Shown here: in pieces, positions 24,997-34,770 of the stretch
Layout: every line of letters starts with the position of its first letter
Numbering within the stretch: the stretch's first letter is position 1
Assembly (NCBI GenBank): GCA_049968315.1
Contig: JBMFRA010000006.1
Span: 647-64,646 of the forward strand
DNA: 64,000 bases
Direction of reading: 5' to 3'
From: Acidobacteriota bacterium
GTDB taxonomy: Bacteria > Acidobacteriota > UBA4820 > DSQY01
Position numbers and translations under genes: made by a program
Notes under the pieces: model-generated
What the model saw: only the letters and a program-made list of their open reading frames with translations
Databases searched by the model: none
What the model was told of the DNA's origin: nothing

Positions 24997-27900
24997 CTAT
25001 GGTCGTGTATAGGAGGCCGTGCAGTATCCCCCGTCGGGGTTCTCCAGGCGGATGGAGACGGCCTGGCCCTTGGGAAACTTGGCCTTGAGGGCCGATCCAC
25101 CCTTCAAAACGACGGTGGTGGCGTTCTTGACGGTGGCCTGGGCCCAGGGCTCGGGGTCGCTTCCAAGGTACACCCGGGCCCCCGCCTGGAAATTCTGGCC
25201 CAAGAGCTTGATCCGGAAGGGCGCTGCCATCTTGGTGACGGCAGTAATGGCCGGCGGGTCCTTCACGGCGAGGAAGGAGACCTCCGCCGCCTGCCCGGCG
25301 TCGTCGTAGGCTCGGGCCACCACCCGGTGGGCTCCGGAGGGGAGGGATGTCGGGTCCAGGCGGAAGGTGAAGGGATGGTGGAGGTCCTCCTTGCTAGCTT
25401 GGCCGTCCACGAGGAAGACCACCTTCGCCACCGCCCCATCGTCGGAGGCGGCGGCGGCCACAGCCAGGGGGGCGCTTCCCAGGACCACGTACCCCTCCGT
25501 GGGGGCGAGGAAGACTACGGAGGGAGGCGCGTCGGCCTTCACGGTGAAGGCCCCAGGGAGGGTGCGGGGAGCCCCTCCGGGGTTGGCGAGCGTCAGGGTC
25601 CGGGGCCCCGGCGCTGCGGCGGGGGCGATGGAGACCCTCAGGGCCAGCAGGTGGGGGGAGAGGAAAGAAACCTCCTGCACGGAGACCCCCTCCCCCAGAT
25701 TCACGCTGGCTCCGTCGGCAAAGTTGTCCCCGGAGAGTTCCAGGACCATCTGCCGCCCCTGGATGCCCTCGTCGGGGCGGAGGGACCCCAGGCGCGGCCC
25801 CGGCGGGGCGGGCTGGCAGTCGAAGGCAGAAGCCGGGTAGGGGGCAGTGGGTACGCCGGCCTCCCAAGAGTCCACGGGGCGCAGCGTCCCCCCTTCGAGA
25901 AGCCGGAGGTTCCGGACGGCAAGGGGGCTTCCGAAGGCGGCGCACGGAGCCCCGGAGAGGTCGAAGAGGAGGCCTTGGGTGGCGGAGCCGGGGGAGGTGG
26001 CGGTGAAGGCCGTGGAGGCGTGGGCGAGGAAGAAGTCCGAGGCGTCGTAGAGGTCCGCCGAGAGGGTGTAGTCGCCGGCGGCGGGAAGGTCCAGATTCGC
26101 CGTGAAGGCCAGGGCCTCGTAGAGGCCGTCGTCGTCGGTGTCCCACCCCTGGTCGGCGAAGGAACCGGTGAAGGCGTGGGCCGGCGGGAGGACGGCCAGA
26201 AGGTCCCTGGCGATCCGGGTGACGCCCTGCCCGTCGTAGGTCCCCTGGGCGGTGAAGAGGACGTCGTAGGCCCCCGGGAGGGATGGGGCCACACCGGTTC
26301 CGCCGAAGGAGCCGTCCCCCGCCGCCCCGTCCCCGTGCTGGCCGTCGTCGTAGAGGGTCACCGTGTCCAGGAGGGAGCCCCCCGAGAGGACGGCGGCGGT
26401 GACCGCCGTGAAGGCCAGGTCCCCCGGGTCACCGGTGAGGTCCAGCCGGTAGTGGACCGCCTCCCCGGGGGCGTACCGGTCTCTCGTCACGTGGGCCTCG
26501 ATGCCGGCGGGGCTGTTCTCGAAGGAGGTGGCCCGGAAGGTGACGCTCCCCGCGGGAACGGCCACCGAGAGGGTCCAGGTGCCGGGCTCGGGGTTTAGGA
26601 CCTGGAAGAGGAGGTCGTTTTCGCCGGCGGCGGAGGCGGCGGGGCTTCCGTGGGGATCCAGCAGGGTGAAGGAGGCGGATCCGTCCTGGACGAAGACGGC
26701 GAGGGCCATGCCGTCGGTGGCCCCCACGGGAAAGTCGAAAGACTGCGTGGCCAAGGGCCCTCCCGCGAAGGCGCTGAGGGTGCCGCCTTTGGTACCCGTG
26801 GAGCGGGCCCCTGTACCCCAAAGGCTGGAGCCCACCGGACTCAGCGGGTTCTCGTCGTCGCCGGCTGGGGCGGAGGGGGAGGCCGCGAGCGGCGTGGGGG
26901 AAGGTCCCAAAACCCCCACCCGAGGGAGGATGGTGGCGGCAAGGACGTCGGTGGCGGAGGGGGGCGATCCGAGTTCGGCGTGGTCGTAAGAGAAGATATG
27001 GCCCGGGCCGCTGTCGAAGACCACCGAGGCGTACGGGCGGCACCGGGGACCCGAGGGGTCTCCGTCGCCGCAGAGGAGCCTCACGATGGCGAAGGCCGAG
27101 AAGAGGGGGACCCTCCCGTCGGACCCCCCCATGCCCCACAGGCCTCGGTCCCCCCCAATGGCATAGACCTTGTCGGTCCAAGGGCCAAAGTTGGGGTAGA
27201 CCTCGTTAAAGCGCCGGACGATGGCGTCGGTGCCGAGGGGTCCTTCCCCCAGGCCGCCGAAAAAGAAGTCGCTCCCGCTGTTGGGGACGGCCAGGAGGAA
27301 GATCTTCTGCAAGGCCCGCATCACGAGATCCTCTCCCAGGCCTCCCCCGGCCAGTACCCGGGCCACCAGGCCCCCCATGTCGTAGGCCACCAGCGTCCAG
27401 GGCGGGTAGGGCGAGACGGAGAGGACCTTCCCGGCCCGATCTTCGAGGCCGTGGAGGTCCGCCTCGATTTGGGTGTAGACCTGGCCCGCCCGGAGGTCCC
27501 AGGAGACCTCCTGCCCCCACCAGGTGTAGTGGGGGGTGAAGGAGAAGAAGCCTGCGGCCCGCGCCCGGTTGTCCCAGTACTCCCCGGCTCCGGGACCCTC
27601 CCCCACCCACTTCCGGTAGCACCCCATCACCCCGTGGAGAAAGACGATGGGGGGCGGGAAGGCGATGTCGGCCTCCACCCCCCCGGACGGGGGGACGGCC
27701 ACCGGAGAAGCGAGGGCCCGCACCACCTCCTTCTCCAGGTACCCCCCGGGGGGGGCCGGGCAGCCGAAGCCCCGGTACTCCGCGTCGTGGAGGATGAAGT
27801 CCTTGTACCGGACCCGGGCCTCCAGGCGGTAAGTGCCGGCGGGTAGGGAGGGAAAAGCGTAGAAGCCGCGGGAGGCGGAGACGGTCTGGGCGGCGCCGGT

Positions 27901-30675
27901 GGAGACCTCCCGCGCCGTCACCGAGAGGGAGACGATCCCCTCACCGTCCAGGGGGAAGAGATCGTCGCCCTGGATGCCCACGTACCCCCACAGGGACCCC
28001 TGGGCGACCACCACCGTCCCCGTCCGGGTGCAGACGGCCTGGCCATAGGAGACGGTGAGGGTCCAGGTGTAGCTCCCCGGTGTGGTGTAGGTGTGGCTGG
28101 GGTTCTGCTGGGTGGAGTGGGCCGAGCCGTCCCCGAAGTCCCAGTCGTAGGCGGGCAGGAAGACGTCGATGCCGCAGGAGCCTTGAAGGGCCGCCCCGCC
28201 GGTGAAGGAGACCGGTAGGGGGGCCAGGCCGGACGCGGGGGAGGCCGAGGCGGAACAGAGCAGCTCACAGACGCGGATCTCGCCGCTCCGGGTGCAGGTC
28301 TCCGAATCGGCGGTGACGGTGAGGGTCCAGGTGTAGGTGCCCCCGGAGAGGTACGTGTGGGTAGGGTTCTTTTCGGTGGAGGTGGTGCCGTCGCCGAAGT
28401 CCCAGAAGAAGGAAGGGCTCTGGGAACAGCCGCTGGCCGTGGCGGAGGCGGTGAAGGCGACGGCCTGGGGCGCGATCCCGTTTGAGGGGGCCGCGGAGGC
28501 CGAGCAGGACACGGTGCATCCCGGTGGGGCGGTGGAAACCACCGACAGGAAGCCGTCGGAGTCTCCCCCCAGGGTGGTCTGGAAGGCGTTCCCCGTGAGG
28601 GGGAAGAGGTTGGAGTAGGTCCCCCCCGCGAGCCCCCACCGCGTCTCCCCCGCCCCCAGGTCCACGCGGCAGAAAAGGGCCTCGGCCCAGTCGTCGCCGT
28701 TACCGCCGAAGTAGGTGGTCAGCGTGCGCAGGGGCACTGGCCTGGGGAAGGTCCAGCCGGCCAGCAGGGCGTCCTCGGGGCCTTGGAGGGCCTCGAAGCC
28801 CGGAAAGGGGTTCAAGAGGGGCAGGTCGGCGGAGCTGGTGGCCCCGGCCACCACCAGCGAAGGGTCGGAGGAGCCTTCGCACGGGGCGGCGGCGTAAACG
28901 AAGTCGTTCCCCGAGCCCCCCAGGAAGGTGGAAAACTCCGCGGTGGTGGCGGTGGGGCCGGCGAAAAAAACCGCCGCCACGGCGTCGTAGCTTCCTCCCA
29001 GGGAAGCCTGGGTGGGCTGAACGGTAGGAAAGTCGGGCGACTGGGTGTACCCCGCCACGGCCACGAGGCCGTTGGGGAGGACGGCCAGGGAGGAGAGGCA
29101 ATCGTAAAGGCCGCCTCCCAGAAAGGTGGCGTAGGTGGGTCCGGGGTACATTCCCACGCTGTACCGCAGGAAAACACCGTCCCCGTTGCCCCGGTAGGTT
29201 TCCTGAAAGGCGCCGGGGGTGTAAGGAAAATCGTAGGAGTCGGTTTCGCCGCAGAGGAAGAGGGCCTCGGGGTCGGCTGGGTCGGCTTGGACGGCGCGAA
29301 GGGCGTCCTCTCCCGTCCCTCCCACGAAGGTGGAGAAGACAAGCTGGGAGATGCCCGGCAAGGACGGCTCGAGCACGGTGAGAAAGCCGTCGCTGCTACC
29401 CCCGAGGTAGTACTGGGGGGCGTTATCGGTCCAAGGAAAATCGGAGGAGCGGGTCTGGCCGGTGACGTAGAGCCGTCCCCAGGGCCCCACGGCCACCCCC
29501 CAGCCAGCCTCGTTGTCCCCCCCGCCCAGCCGCGTGGAGTAGGAGAGCGCTCCCCCGGCGGTGAAGCGGGCCACGAAGGCGTCATTCTGGCCTCCCGCCA
29601 GCGGGAGGCCGCCCAGCACCGGGAAGTCCGCCGAACCCGTGGTGCCGGCGAGGATCCAGTTCCCCCCGTCGTCGGTGGCCAGGGCCGCCGCCTCGTCGCC
29701 GCCGCTCCCCCCCAGGAGGGCCACGAAGTTCAGCGTGCGGGACGGCCCTTGAAAGACGGCGAGGAAGGCATCCTCGAAGCCGTGGAAGGTTCCGCCGCCG
29801 GGAAAGTCCGGCGAGTAGGTAAGGCCCGCCACCGCCAGGTTTCCGGCACCGTCCTCGCGCACTCGGGCGGCCATGTCGTACTGGGAGCCACCGAGGTAGG
29901 AGGAGTACTCCAGGGTGGGGTCCACCACCAGGGCCTCTCCCTCCCGCCTGCCTTCGATGCAAACGGCAAGGGTGCGGGGAGAGATGGGCACGAAGGAGCC
30001 CCGGAGGGTGCGCCGCCCCCCCCGGCCGTCCGCGAAGACCGCCGGCAGGTGAAGGGGAAGGGAACCGGCCTCCGTGTCGAGGACCACCTCTCCGCCTGGG
30101 AGCCGACGGAAGGCCACGGGCCGGCCGTCCAGCGACTCCGCCCGAAGCCGAAGCGGTGCGTCTCCAGCACCGGGGGTGAGGTGGAGGTCGAAGCGGAGAG
30201 CCCCGTCCAACGGGAAGAACTCCACGTCCACCCCCGGGATGGGCCCCTCCCAGAGAAGCCGGCCGTACCGCGGGATTCCGGTGATCCAGCGGGAAGGATC
30301 GCTCCCCCGGTAGAGGTGGACCACGCCAGGCAGGGGGTCCAGGGGCCGGAAGGTGCCGCCGGCGGCCCCCTCCAGGGTGAGGCGGAAGGAGGCGGCGGGC
30401 TCTTGCCCGCAGGGCACCTCCCGGCCTGGCCGGTGGCCGGGAGCGGGCGAAGCGAGGAGCACCTCCACCCCTTTGGGGCCAATGCCGAGAAAGGAGCCCG
30501 GAGAACGCGCCACAAAGGCGGCGCCGGAGGGCCCTTGGCCCAGGTTGGGTTCGAAGGCGCGCCAGAGGCCCTCCGCCGTCCCCGATGGGGTGCGGACGGG
30601 GGTGGCGGCCCAAGCGGCGACGGCCAGCGCGCAACTCACCAAGAACCCGCCCCGCTTCGCCATTGAGAATGCCAT
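24997..30675 (-). CDS. Giant secreted multidomain protein (1892 aa): SBBP beta-propeller repeats + 2 PKD domains + CarboxypepD_reg-like + alpha/beta-hydrolase-like + Ig-like domains + C-terminal IPT/TIG-like domain
   Basis: Start set at MAFSMAKRGGFLVSCALAVAAWAATP, a signal peptide. The ATG complement is at 30673-30675 and GGAGGGA lies 5 nt upstream. Upstream of that point the listed 2557-aa ORF is antisense to the oppA-like gene. SBBP repeats of the form YSTRLGGGDNEAGWGVAVGPWGRLYVTGQTRSSDFP recur about eight times. The PKD motifs are FFWDFGDGTTSTEKNPTHTY and YDWDFGDGSAHSTQQNPSHTY. The C-terminal domain is PFRIKLLGQNFQAGARVYLG...VLKGGSALKAKFPKGQAVSIRLENPDGG. Confidence 0.8.
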   Translation of the reverse strand: MAFSMAKRGGFLVSCALAVAAWAATPVRTPSGTAEGLWRAFEPNLGQGPSGAAFVARSPGSFLGIGPKGVEVLLASPAPGHRPGREVPCGQEPAASFRLTLEGAAGGTFRPLDPLPGVVHLYRGSDPSRWITGIPRYGRLLWEGPIPGVDVEFFPLDGALRFDLHLTPGAGDAPLRLRAESLDGRPVAFRRLPGGEVVLDTEAGSLPLHLPAVFADGRGGRRTLRGSFVPISPRTLAVCIEGRREGEALVVDPTLEYSSYLGGSQYDMAARVREDGAGNLAVAGLTYSPDFPGGGTFHGFEDAFLAVFQGPSRTLNFVALLGGSGGDEAAALATDDGGNWILAGTTGSADFPVLGGLPLAGGQNDAFVARFTAGGALSYSTRLGGGDNEAGWGVAVGPWGRLYVTGQTRSSDFPWTDNAPQYYLGGSSDGFLTVLEPSLPGISQLVFSTFVGGTGEDALRAVQADPADPEALFLCGETDSYDFPYTPGAFQETYRGNGDGVFLRYSVGMYPGPTYATFLGGGLYDCLSSLAVLPNGLVAVAGYTQSPDFPTVQPTQASLGGSYDAVAAVFFAGPTATTAEFSTFLGGSGNDFVYAAAPCEGSSDPSLVVAGATSSADLPLLNPFPGFEALQGPEDALLAGWTFPRPVPLRTLTTYFGGNGDDWAEALFCRVDLGAGETRWGLAGGTYSNLFPLTGNAFQTTLGGDSDGFLSVVSTAPPGCTVSCSASAAPSNGIAPQAVAFTASATASGCSQSPSFFWDFGDGTTSTEKNPTHTYLSGGTYTWTLTVTADSETCTRSGEIRVCELLCSASASPASGLAPLPVSFTGGAALQGSCGIDVFLPAYDWDFGDGSAHSTQQNPSHTYTTPGSYTWTLTVSYGQAVCTRTGTVVVAQGSLWGYVGIQGDDLFPLDGEGIVSLSVTAREVSTGAAQTVSASRGFYAFPSLPAGTYRLEARVRYKDFILHDAEYRGFGCPAPPGGYLEKEVVRALASPVAVPPSGGVEADIAFPPPIVFLHGVMGCYRKWVGEGPGAGEYWDNRARAAGFFSFTPHYTWWGQEVSWDLRAGQVYTQIEADLHGLEDRAGKVLSVSPYPPWTLVAYDMGGLVARVLAGGGLGEDLVMRALQKIFLLAVPNSGSDFFFGGLGEGPLGTDAIVRRFNEVYPNFGPWTDKVYAIGGDRGLWGMGGSDGRVPLFSAFAIVRLLCGDGDPSGPRCRPYASVVFDSGPGHIFSYDHAELGSPPSATDVLAATILPRVGVLGPSPTPLAASPSAPAGDDENPLSPVGSSLWGTGARSTGTKGGTLSAFAGGPLATQSFDFPVGATDGMALAVFVQDGSASFTLLDPHGSPAASAAGENDLLFQVLNPEPGTWTLSVAVPAGSVTFRATSFENSPAGIEAHVTRDRYAPGEAVHYRLDLTGDPGDLAFTAVTAAVLSGGSLLDTVTLYDDGQHGDGAAGDGSFGGTGVAPSLPGAYDVLFTAQGTYDGQGVTRIARDLLAVLPPAHAFTGSFADQGWDTDDDGLYEALAFTANLDLPAAGDYTLSADLYDASDFFLAHASTAFTATSPGSATQGLLFDLSGAPCAAFGSPLAVRNLRLLEGGTLRPVDSWEAGVPTAPYPASAFDCQPAPPGPRLGSLRPDEGIQGRQMVLELSGDNFADGASVNLGEGVSVQEVSFLSPHLLALRVSIAPAAAPGPRTLTLANPGGAPRTLPGAFTVKADAPPSVVFLAPTEGYVVLGSAPLAVAAAASDDGAVAKVVFLVDGQASKEDLHHPFTFRLDPTSLPSGAHRVVARAYDDAGQAAEVSFLAVKDPPAITAVTKMAAPFRIKLLGQNFQAGARVYLGSDPEPWAQATVKNATTVVLKGGSALKAKFPKGQAVSIRLENPDGGYCTASYTRP

Positions 30676-30930
30676 GGTTCCCTCCCGCCCAAGACGAGCC
30701 TTGGAGTTATACCCTATGGTTCTTAATATAGGATCGAGGGGATGCGCCGTCGAGGGCTCCTCCGCCCCACCTCTCGGGAAGGGATCCCGAAAAGCCCTCT
30801 GAAAACAAGGCCCTTTCCAAGAAACGGCCTTGGCTCGATCTGTGACCTTCCTCACAGTCCTCCTGGATCCCAGGAGCACCTTGCCACGGCCCGGGGGCAC
30901 CGGTATCCTGTCGCCACGCGGGAGGACCCC

Positions 30931-32655
30931 ATGGACCTCGGAAGGCGCCTTTTCAAAGCGGCGTTCCTTTGGCTTTCGCTTCTTCTCCTGGCCTGCGGCG
31001 GCTCCCGGGAAACGTCCCCGCCCGCCGCCGCCCCCGGGCGGATCCAACCAACGGGCCAGGCGGCCTTTCTCTCGGCCTACCAAGGAAAGCCTCCGGTGGA
31101 CGGGGGCACCTTCACCCGGCCTCTCCCCGTGGAACCGGTGACGCTGAACCCCGTGGTGGCCAGCGACCAGGTCTCCTTCCTCGTCTACAAGTGGATCTTC
31201 GACCCCTTGATCGACATGGACGAGAAGATGGAGCCCACGGGGGTGCTGGCCCGCTCCTGGGAGGTCTCCCCCGACGGCCGGACCCTGACCTTCCACCTGC
31301 GGGAGGGGGTCTTTTGGCACGACGGGAAGCCCTTCACCGCCGAGGACGTCCTCTTCACCTACCGCGCCTGCATGGACCCCACCGTGGATGCCGTCAACAA
31401 GCGGCCCACCTTCGCCGAGGTTCAGTCGGTGGAGGCTCCGGACCCGCTCACTGTCGTCGTGAAGTGGAAGGTCCCCTACGCCCCCGGTCTGGCGGCGTGG
31501 GTCCTCTACATCCTCCCCAAGCACCTCTACGACTACCCGCCGGGAAAGGGCGCCCAATTCAACACCCACCCCCTGAACGCCCGCCCCGTGGGAACGGGCC
31601 CCTTCCGCTTCGTGGAGTGGAGGAGGGGCGAAGCGGTGGTGCTGGAGGCCAACCCTTCCTACTTCCGGGGCCGGCCCCACCTGGACCGGGTCGTCTTCCG
31701 GGTCCTTCCCCAGGCCGAGACCCAGCTCGCGGCCTACCGCACGGGGACGCTGGACATGGCGGGCCTCGGCCCCGAGCAATGGGAGGCGGTGAAGAGAGAC
31801 CCCGGCTTCTGGCGGCGGTCCTCTGTCTTCGAGTATCCCGTGAGGCAGTTCTACTACATCGGCTGGAACTTGGACGGGTCGGTCCCCCTCCTCGCCGACC
31901 GCAAGGTCCGCAAGGCCCTGGCCCTGGCCCTGAACCGAAAAGGCGTGGTGGACAGGATCCTGGGTGGCCACGGCGCCCTCCTCTCCGGCCCCTTTTACCC
32001 CGACGGGTGGGAGAGCAACCCCTCCGTCCCCCCCCTCCCCTACGACCCCGCCGCCGCGGCGAGGCTTCTCGACGAGGCCGGATGGACGGACCACGACGGG
32101 GACGGCCTCCGGGACCGCGGGGGAAAGCCCTGCGCCTTCGAGTGCCTGGTCCCGGCGGAGGTGGAGATGTTCTCGAGGTGGCTGGAGGTCTTCCAGCAGG
32201 ACCTGCGCAAGGTGGGGGTGGACATGCGGGTCCGGCAGCTGGAGTGGGGGGTCTTTCTGGACCGCACCCACCGCCACCGCTTCGAGGCGTACCTTTCGGG
32301 CTGGTCCCTGGGGGACGACCCCGACCCCTTCCAGCTCCTCCACTCCTCCCAGGGAAGGCTGCTCCCCTCGGGGGTGGGGGTGGGCCAGAACGACGGCTCC
32401 TACGCCAACGCCGAGGTGGACCGCCTCATCGAGGAGCAGCAGAGGACCTTCGACCGGCAGGCCCGCCAGCGGGCCCTCTGGAGGATTCACGAGATCGTCG
32501 CCGAAGACCAGCCCCACGCCTACCTCTTCCTGGGAACCCAGATCACCGCCGTCGGGAACCGCTTCCAGAACGTGAAGGCGAGCCGAGCCGGCTACGGCCT
32601 CTTCACCTGGTACCCCTCCCTCCTGGAGTGGTGGGTGCCGAAGGAACTCCAGTAG
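30931..32655 (+). CDS. ABC transporter substrate-binding lipoprotein, family 5 (oligopeptide/dipeptide-binding OppA/DppA-like)
   Basis: Lipoprotein signal MDLGRRLFKAAFLWLSLLLLACGGS, with the ATG at 30931 preceded by GGGAGGA. An SBP family-5 body follows (VEPVTLNPVVASDQVSFLVYKWIFDPLIDMDE...SWEVSPDGRTLTFHLREGVFWHDGKPFTAEDVLFTY). The listed ORF start at 30742 adds 63 unsupported codons. Confidence 0.85.
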   Translation: MDLGRRLFKAAFLWLSLLLLACGGSRETSPPAAAPGRIQPTGQAAFLSAYQGKPPVDGGTFTRPLPVEPVTLNPVVASDQVSFLVYKWIFDPLIDMDEKMEPTGVLARSWEVSPDGRTLTFHLREGVFWHDGKPFTAEDVLFTYRACMDPTVDAVNKRPTFAEVQSVEAPDPLTVVVKWKVPYAPGLAAWVLYILPKHLYDYPPGKGAQFNTHPLNARPVGTGPFRFVEWRRGEAVVLEANPSYFRGRPHLDRVVFRVLPQAETQLAAYRTGTLDMAGLGPEQWEAVKRDPGFWRRSSVFEYPVRQFYYIGWNLDGSVPLLADRKVRKALALALNRKGVVDRILGGHGALLSGPFYPDGWESNPSVPPLPYDPAAAARLLDEAGWTDHDGDGLRDRGGKPCAFECLVPAEVEMFSRWLEVFQQDLRKVGVDMRVRQLEWGVFLDRTHRHRFEAYLSGWSLGDDPDPFQLLHSSQGRLLPSGVGVGQNDGSYANAEVDRLIEEQQRTFDRQARQRALWRIHEIVAEDQPHAYLFLGTQITAVGNRFQNVKASRAGYGLFTWYPSLLEWWVPKELQ

Positions 32656-32668
32656 GGGAGCCCTCGCC

Positions 32669-33685
32669 ATGGCGGTCTACGCCCTGCGGCGGCTCCTGCT
32701 GATGGTCCCCACCTTTCTCCTCATCACCGCCGTGGTCTTCGCGGCGGTGAAGCTGGCGCCGGGGAACCCCTTCTCCGCCGCCCGGGCCGCCGGCGAAGGA
32801 GCGGTCCGCCAGATGAACCCCGCCGACTACCAGGACCTCCTCCACCGGTACGGCCTGGACCGGCCCTGGTACGTCCAGTACGGCCGGTGGCTCGCGACCT
32901 TGGCCTCGGGCTCTCTGGGGGTCTCCTACAGCCAGCGGCGCCCGGTGAGCGAGGTCCTCTTCGGGGAGGCCTTCCCCGGAGGCGGATTCCTGTCGAGCCC
33001 CCTGGGGGCGACGCTCCTGCTCAACGTGCTGGCGACGGTGTTGATGCTGGCGGTGGCACTCCCCGTGGGATTCCAGGCCGCGCGGAGGCCCGGCGGGCCT
33101 TTCGACCGGCTGGTCTCGGGATTTCTCTACGCCCTCTACTCTCTCCCCAACTTCTGGGTGGCGGTGCTTCTCATCCTGGTGGCGGGCGTCCACTTCCGGC
33201 TCCTGCCCTTCATCGGGATGCGCTCGGAAGGCTTCGCCACCCTGGGTTTCTGGGGGAAGGCGGGGGACATCCTGCGCCACGCCGCCCTCCCGGCCCTCTG
33301 CCTGGCCTACGGGGGGATGGCCTTCATCGCCCGCTTCACCCGCCGAACCCTGCTGGAAAGCCTGGGAAGCGACTTCGTCCGGGCGGCCCGGGCACGGGGC
33401 CTCCCCGAGGGCCGGGTCCTCTGGGGCCACGGCGTGCGGAACGCCCTCCTCCCCATGGTCACCCTCCTCAGCCTTCTCCTTCCAGGGTTGGTCTCCGGTT
33501 CGGTCATCGTCGAGAACCTCTTCGCCTGGCCCGGTATGGGCCAGCTTTTCATGAAGGCCGTCTACACTCGGGACTACCCCGTGATCCTCGCCGAGTCGGT
33601 CCTGGGCGCGGTGGTGGTCCTGGGCAGCACCCTGCTGGCGGACCTCCTCTACGGCGCGGCGGACCCCCGCGTCCGGCTGGAGTGA
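32669..33685 (+). CDS. ABC transporter permease (OppB/DppB-like)
   Basis: MAVYALRRLLLMVPTFLLITAVVFAAVKLAPGNPF... is a typical OppB N-terminus. A multi-TM body and the EAA-like loop FIARFTRRTLLESLGSDFVRAARARG follow. Confidence 0.9.
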   Translation: MAVYALRRLLLMVPTFLLITAVVFAAVKLAPGNPFSAARAAGEGAVRQMNPADYQDLLHRYGLDRPWYVQYGRWLATLASGSLGVSYSQRRPVSEVLFGEAFPGGGFLSSPLGATLLLNVLATVLMLAVALPVGFQAARRPGGPFDRLVSGFLYALYSLPNFWVAVLLILVAGVHFRLLPFIGMRSEGFATLGFWGKAGDILRHAALPALCLAYGGMAFIARFTRRTLLESLGSDFVRAARARGLPEGRVLWGHGVRNALLPMVTLLSLLLPGLVSGSVIVENLFAWPGMGQLFMKAVYTRDYPVILAESVLGAVVVLGSTLLADLLYGAADPRVRLE

Positions 33686-34752
33686 CCCCCGTGGCCGCCC
33701 CCTTCCCCCTCCTCCGCCGCGCCTTTCACCCGCCCGGGGGGCGGAGCTCCGCCGCCGGCCTCCGTTTTCCGGTGACCGTCCTCGGCCTGCTGGCCGCCCT
33801 CTCCCTCCTGGCGCCCCTCGTGGCCAACAACAAGCCCCTGGCGGTCCAGCTGGAGGGCCGCCTCCTGTTTCCCGCCTTCCGGGACCTCTTTCCCTTGCCG
33901 CTCTTCCTCCGTCCCGACGAGGCGGCCCTGGCGCTGCAAAAAGACCCGCGGTGGTTCGGACCCGGCGGCGGGGGCCGCCAACGGGCCCGTTGGGTCCTCC
34001 TGCCTCCCATCCCCTACTCCCCGTACGAGACGAGCCTGGACCGGATCCACGAGCCCCCGAGCCGGAATCACCCCATGGGCTGCGACGACGTAGGCCGGGA
34101 CGTGGCGGCCCGGATCGTCCACGGCACCAAGGTCAGCCTCCTCACGGGGGTCCTCTCCATGTTCCTGGCCCTCCTCGTCGGCGTCTCCCTCGGCGCCCTG
34201 GGAGGCTTCGCCGGCGGTGCCGTGGACCGGCTCTTCGTCTCGCCGGCCATCGAAGTGATGCTCTGTTTTCCCACCTTCTTCTTCATCCTCACCGTCACCG
34301 CCGTGACCGACCCCCGGTACCTCAACCTGTGGAGCGTCATCCTCGTCATCGGGCTCACCTCCTGGGCCCCGCTGGCCCGCTTCGCCCGGGCGGAGTTCCT
34401 CCGCCTCAGGTCCGCCCCCTTCGTGGAGGCGGCACGGGCCCTGGGTGCGGGCCCCTTCCGGCAGGCCCTCCGCCACATCCTGCCCAACGCCTCGGGCCCC
34501 CTGGCGGTGAACGCCGCCTTCGGGGCCGCGGGGGCGGTCCTGGCGGAGGCCGCCCTCTCCTTCCTCGGGGTCGGCATCCAACCCCCCGAGCCCTCCTGGG
34601 GCAACGTCATGAGCCTGGTGGTCCGCCACTGGAGCGACTGGTGGCTGGGCCTCTTCCCCGGCGCGGCCCTCTTCCTCACGGTGATGGCGTACAATCGGCT
34701 CGGCGAGGCCCTGGAGGGGCGCATGGGACCGGGGGGCCCGGCGCCGGGATAG
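33682..34752 (+). CDS. ABC transporter permease (OppC/DppC-like)
   Basis: ...PMGCDDVGRDVAARIVHGTKVSLLTGVLSMFLALLVGVSLG... is a typical OppC N-terminal motif, with multi-TM and EAA loop RFARAEFLRLRSAPFVEAARALG. The start is uncertain: GTG at 33682 (overlapping the oppB stop as GTGA) or GTG at 33691. The listed ORF 32887..34752 is over-extended in this frame. Confidence 0.8.
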   Translation: MTPVAAPFPLLRRAFHPPGGRSSAAGLRFPVTVLGLLAALSLLAPLVANNKPLAVQLEGRLLFPAFRDLFPLPLFLRPDEAALALQKDPRWFGPGGGGRQRARWVLLPPIPYSPYETSLDRIHEPPSRNHPMGCDDVGRDVAARIVHGTKVSLLTGVLSMFLALLVGVSLGALGGFAGGAVDRLFVSPAIEVMLCFPTFFFILTVTAVTDPRYLNLWSVILVIGLTSWAPLARFARAEFLRLRSAPFVEAARALGAGPFRQALRHILPNASGPLAVNAAFGAAGAVLAEAALSFLGVGIQPPEPSWGNVMSLVVRHWSDWWLGLFPGAALFLTVMAYNRLGEALEGRMGPGGPAPG

Positions 34753-34770
34753 CCCCCGGCGGAGGACGCG

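Noticed and set aside
30676-32670. The N-terminal ~665 codons of the listed 2557-aa minus-strand ORF
   Set aside because: This segment is entirely antisense to the well-supported oppA-like substrate-binding protein gene and is low-complexity (P/G/E/L-rich). A signal peptide with SD at 30675 marks the real start of the giant protein.
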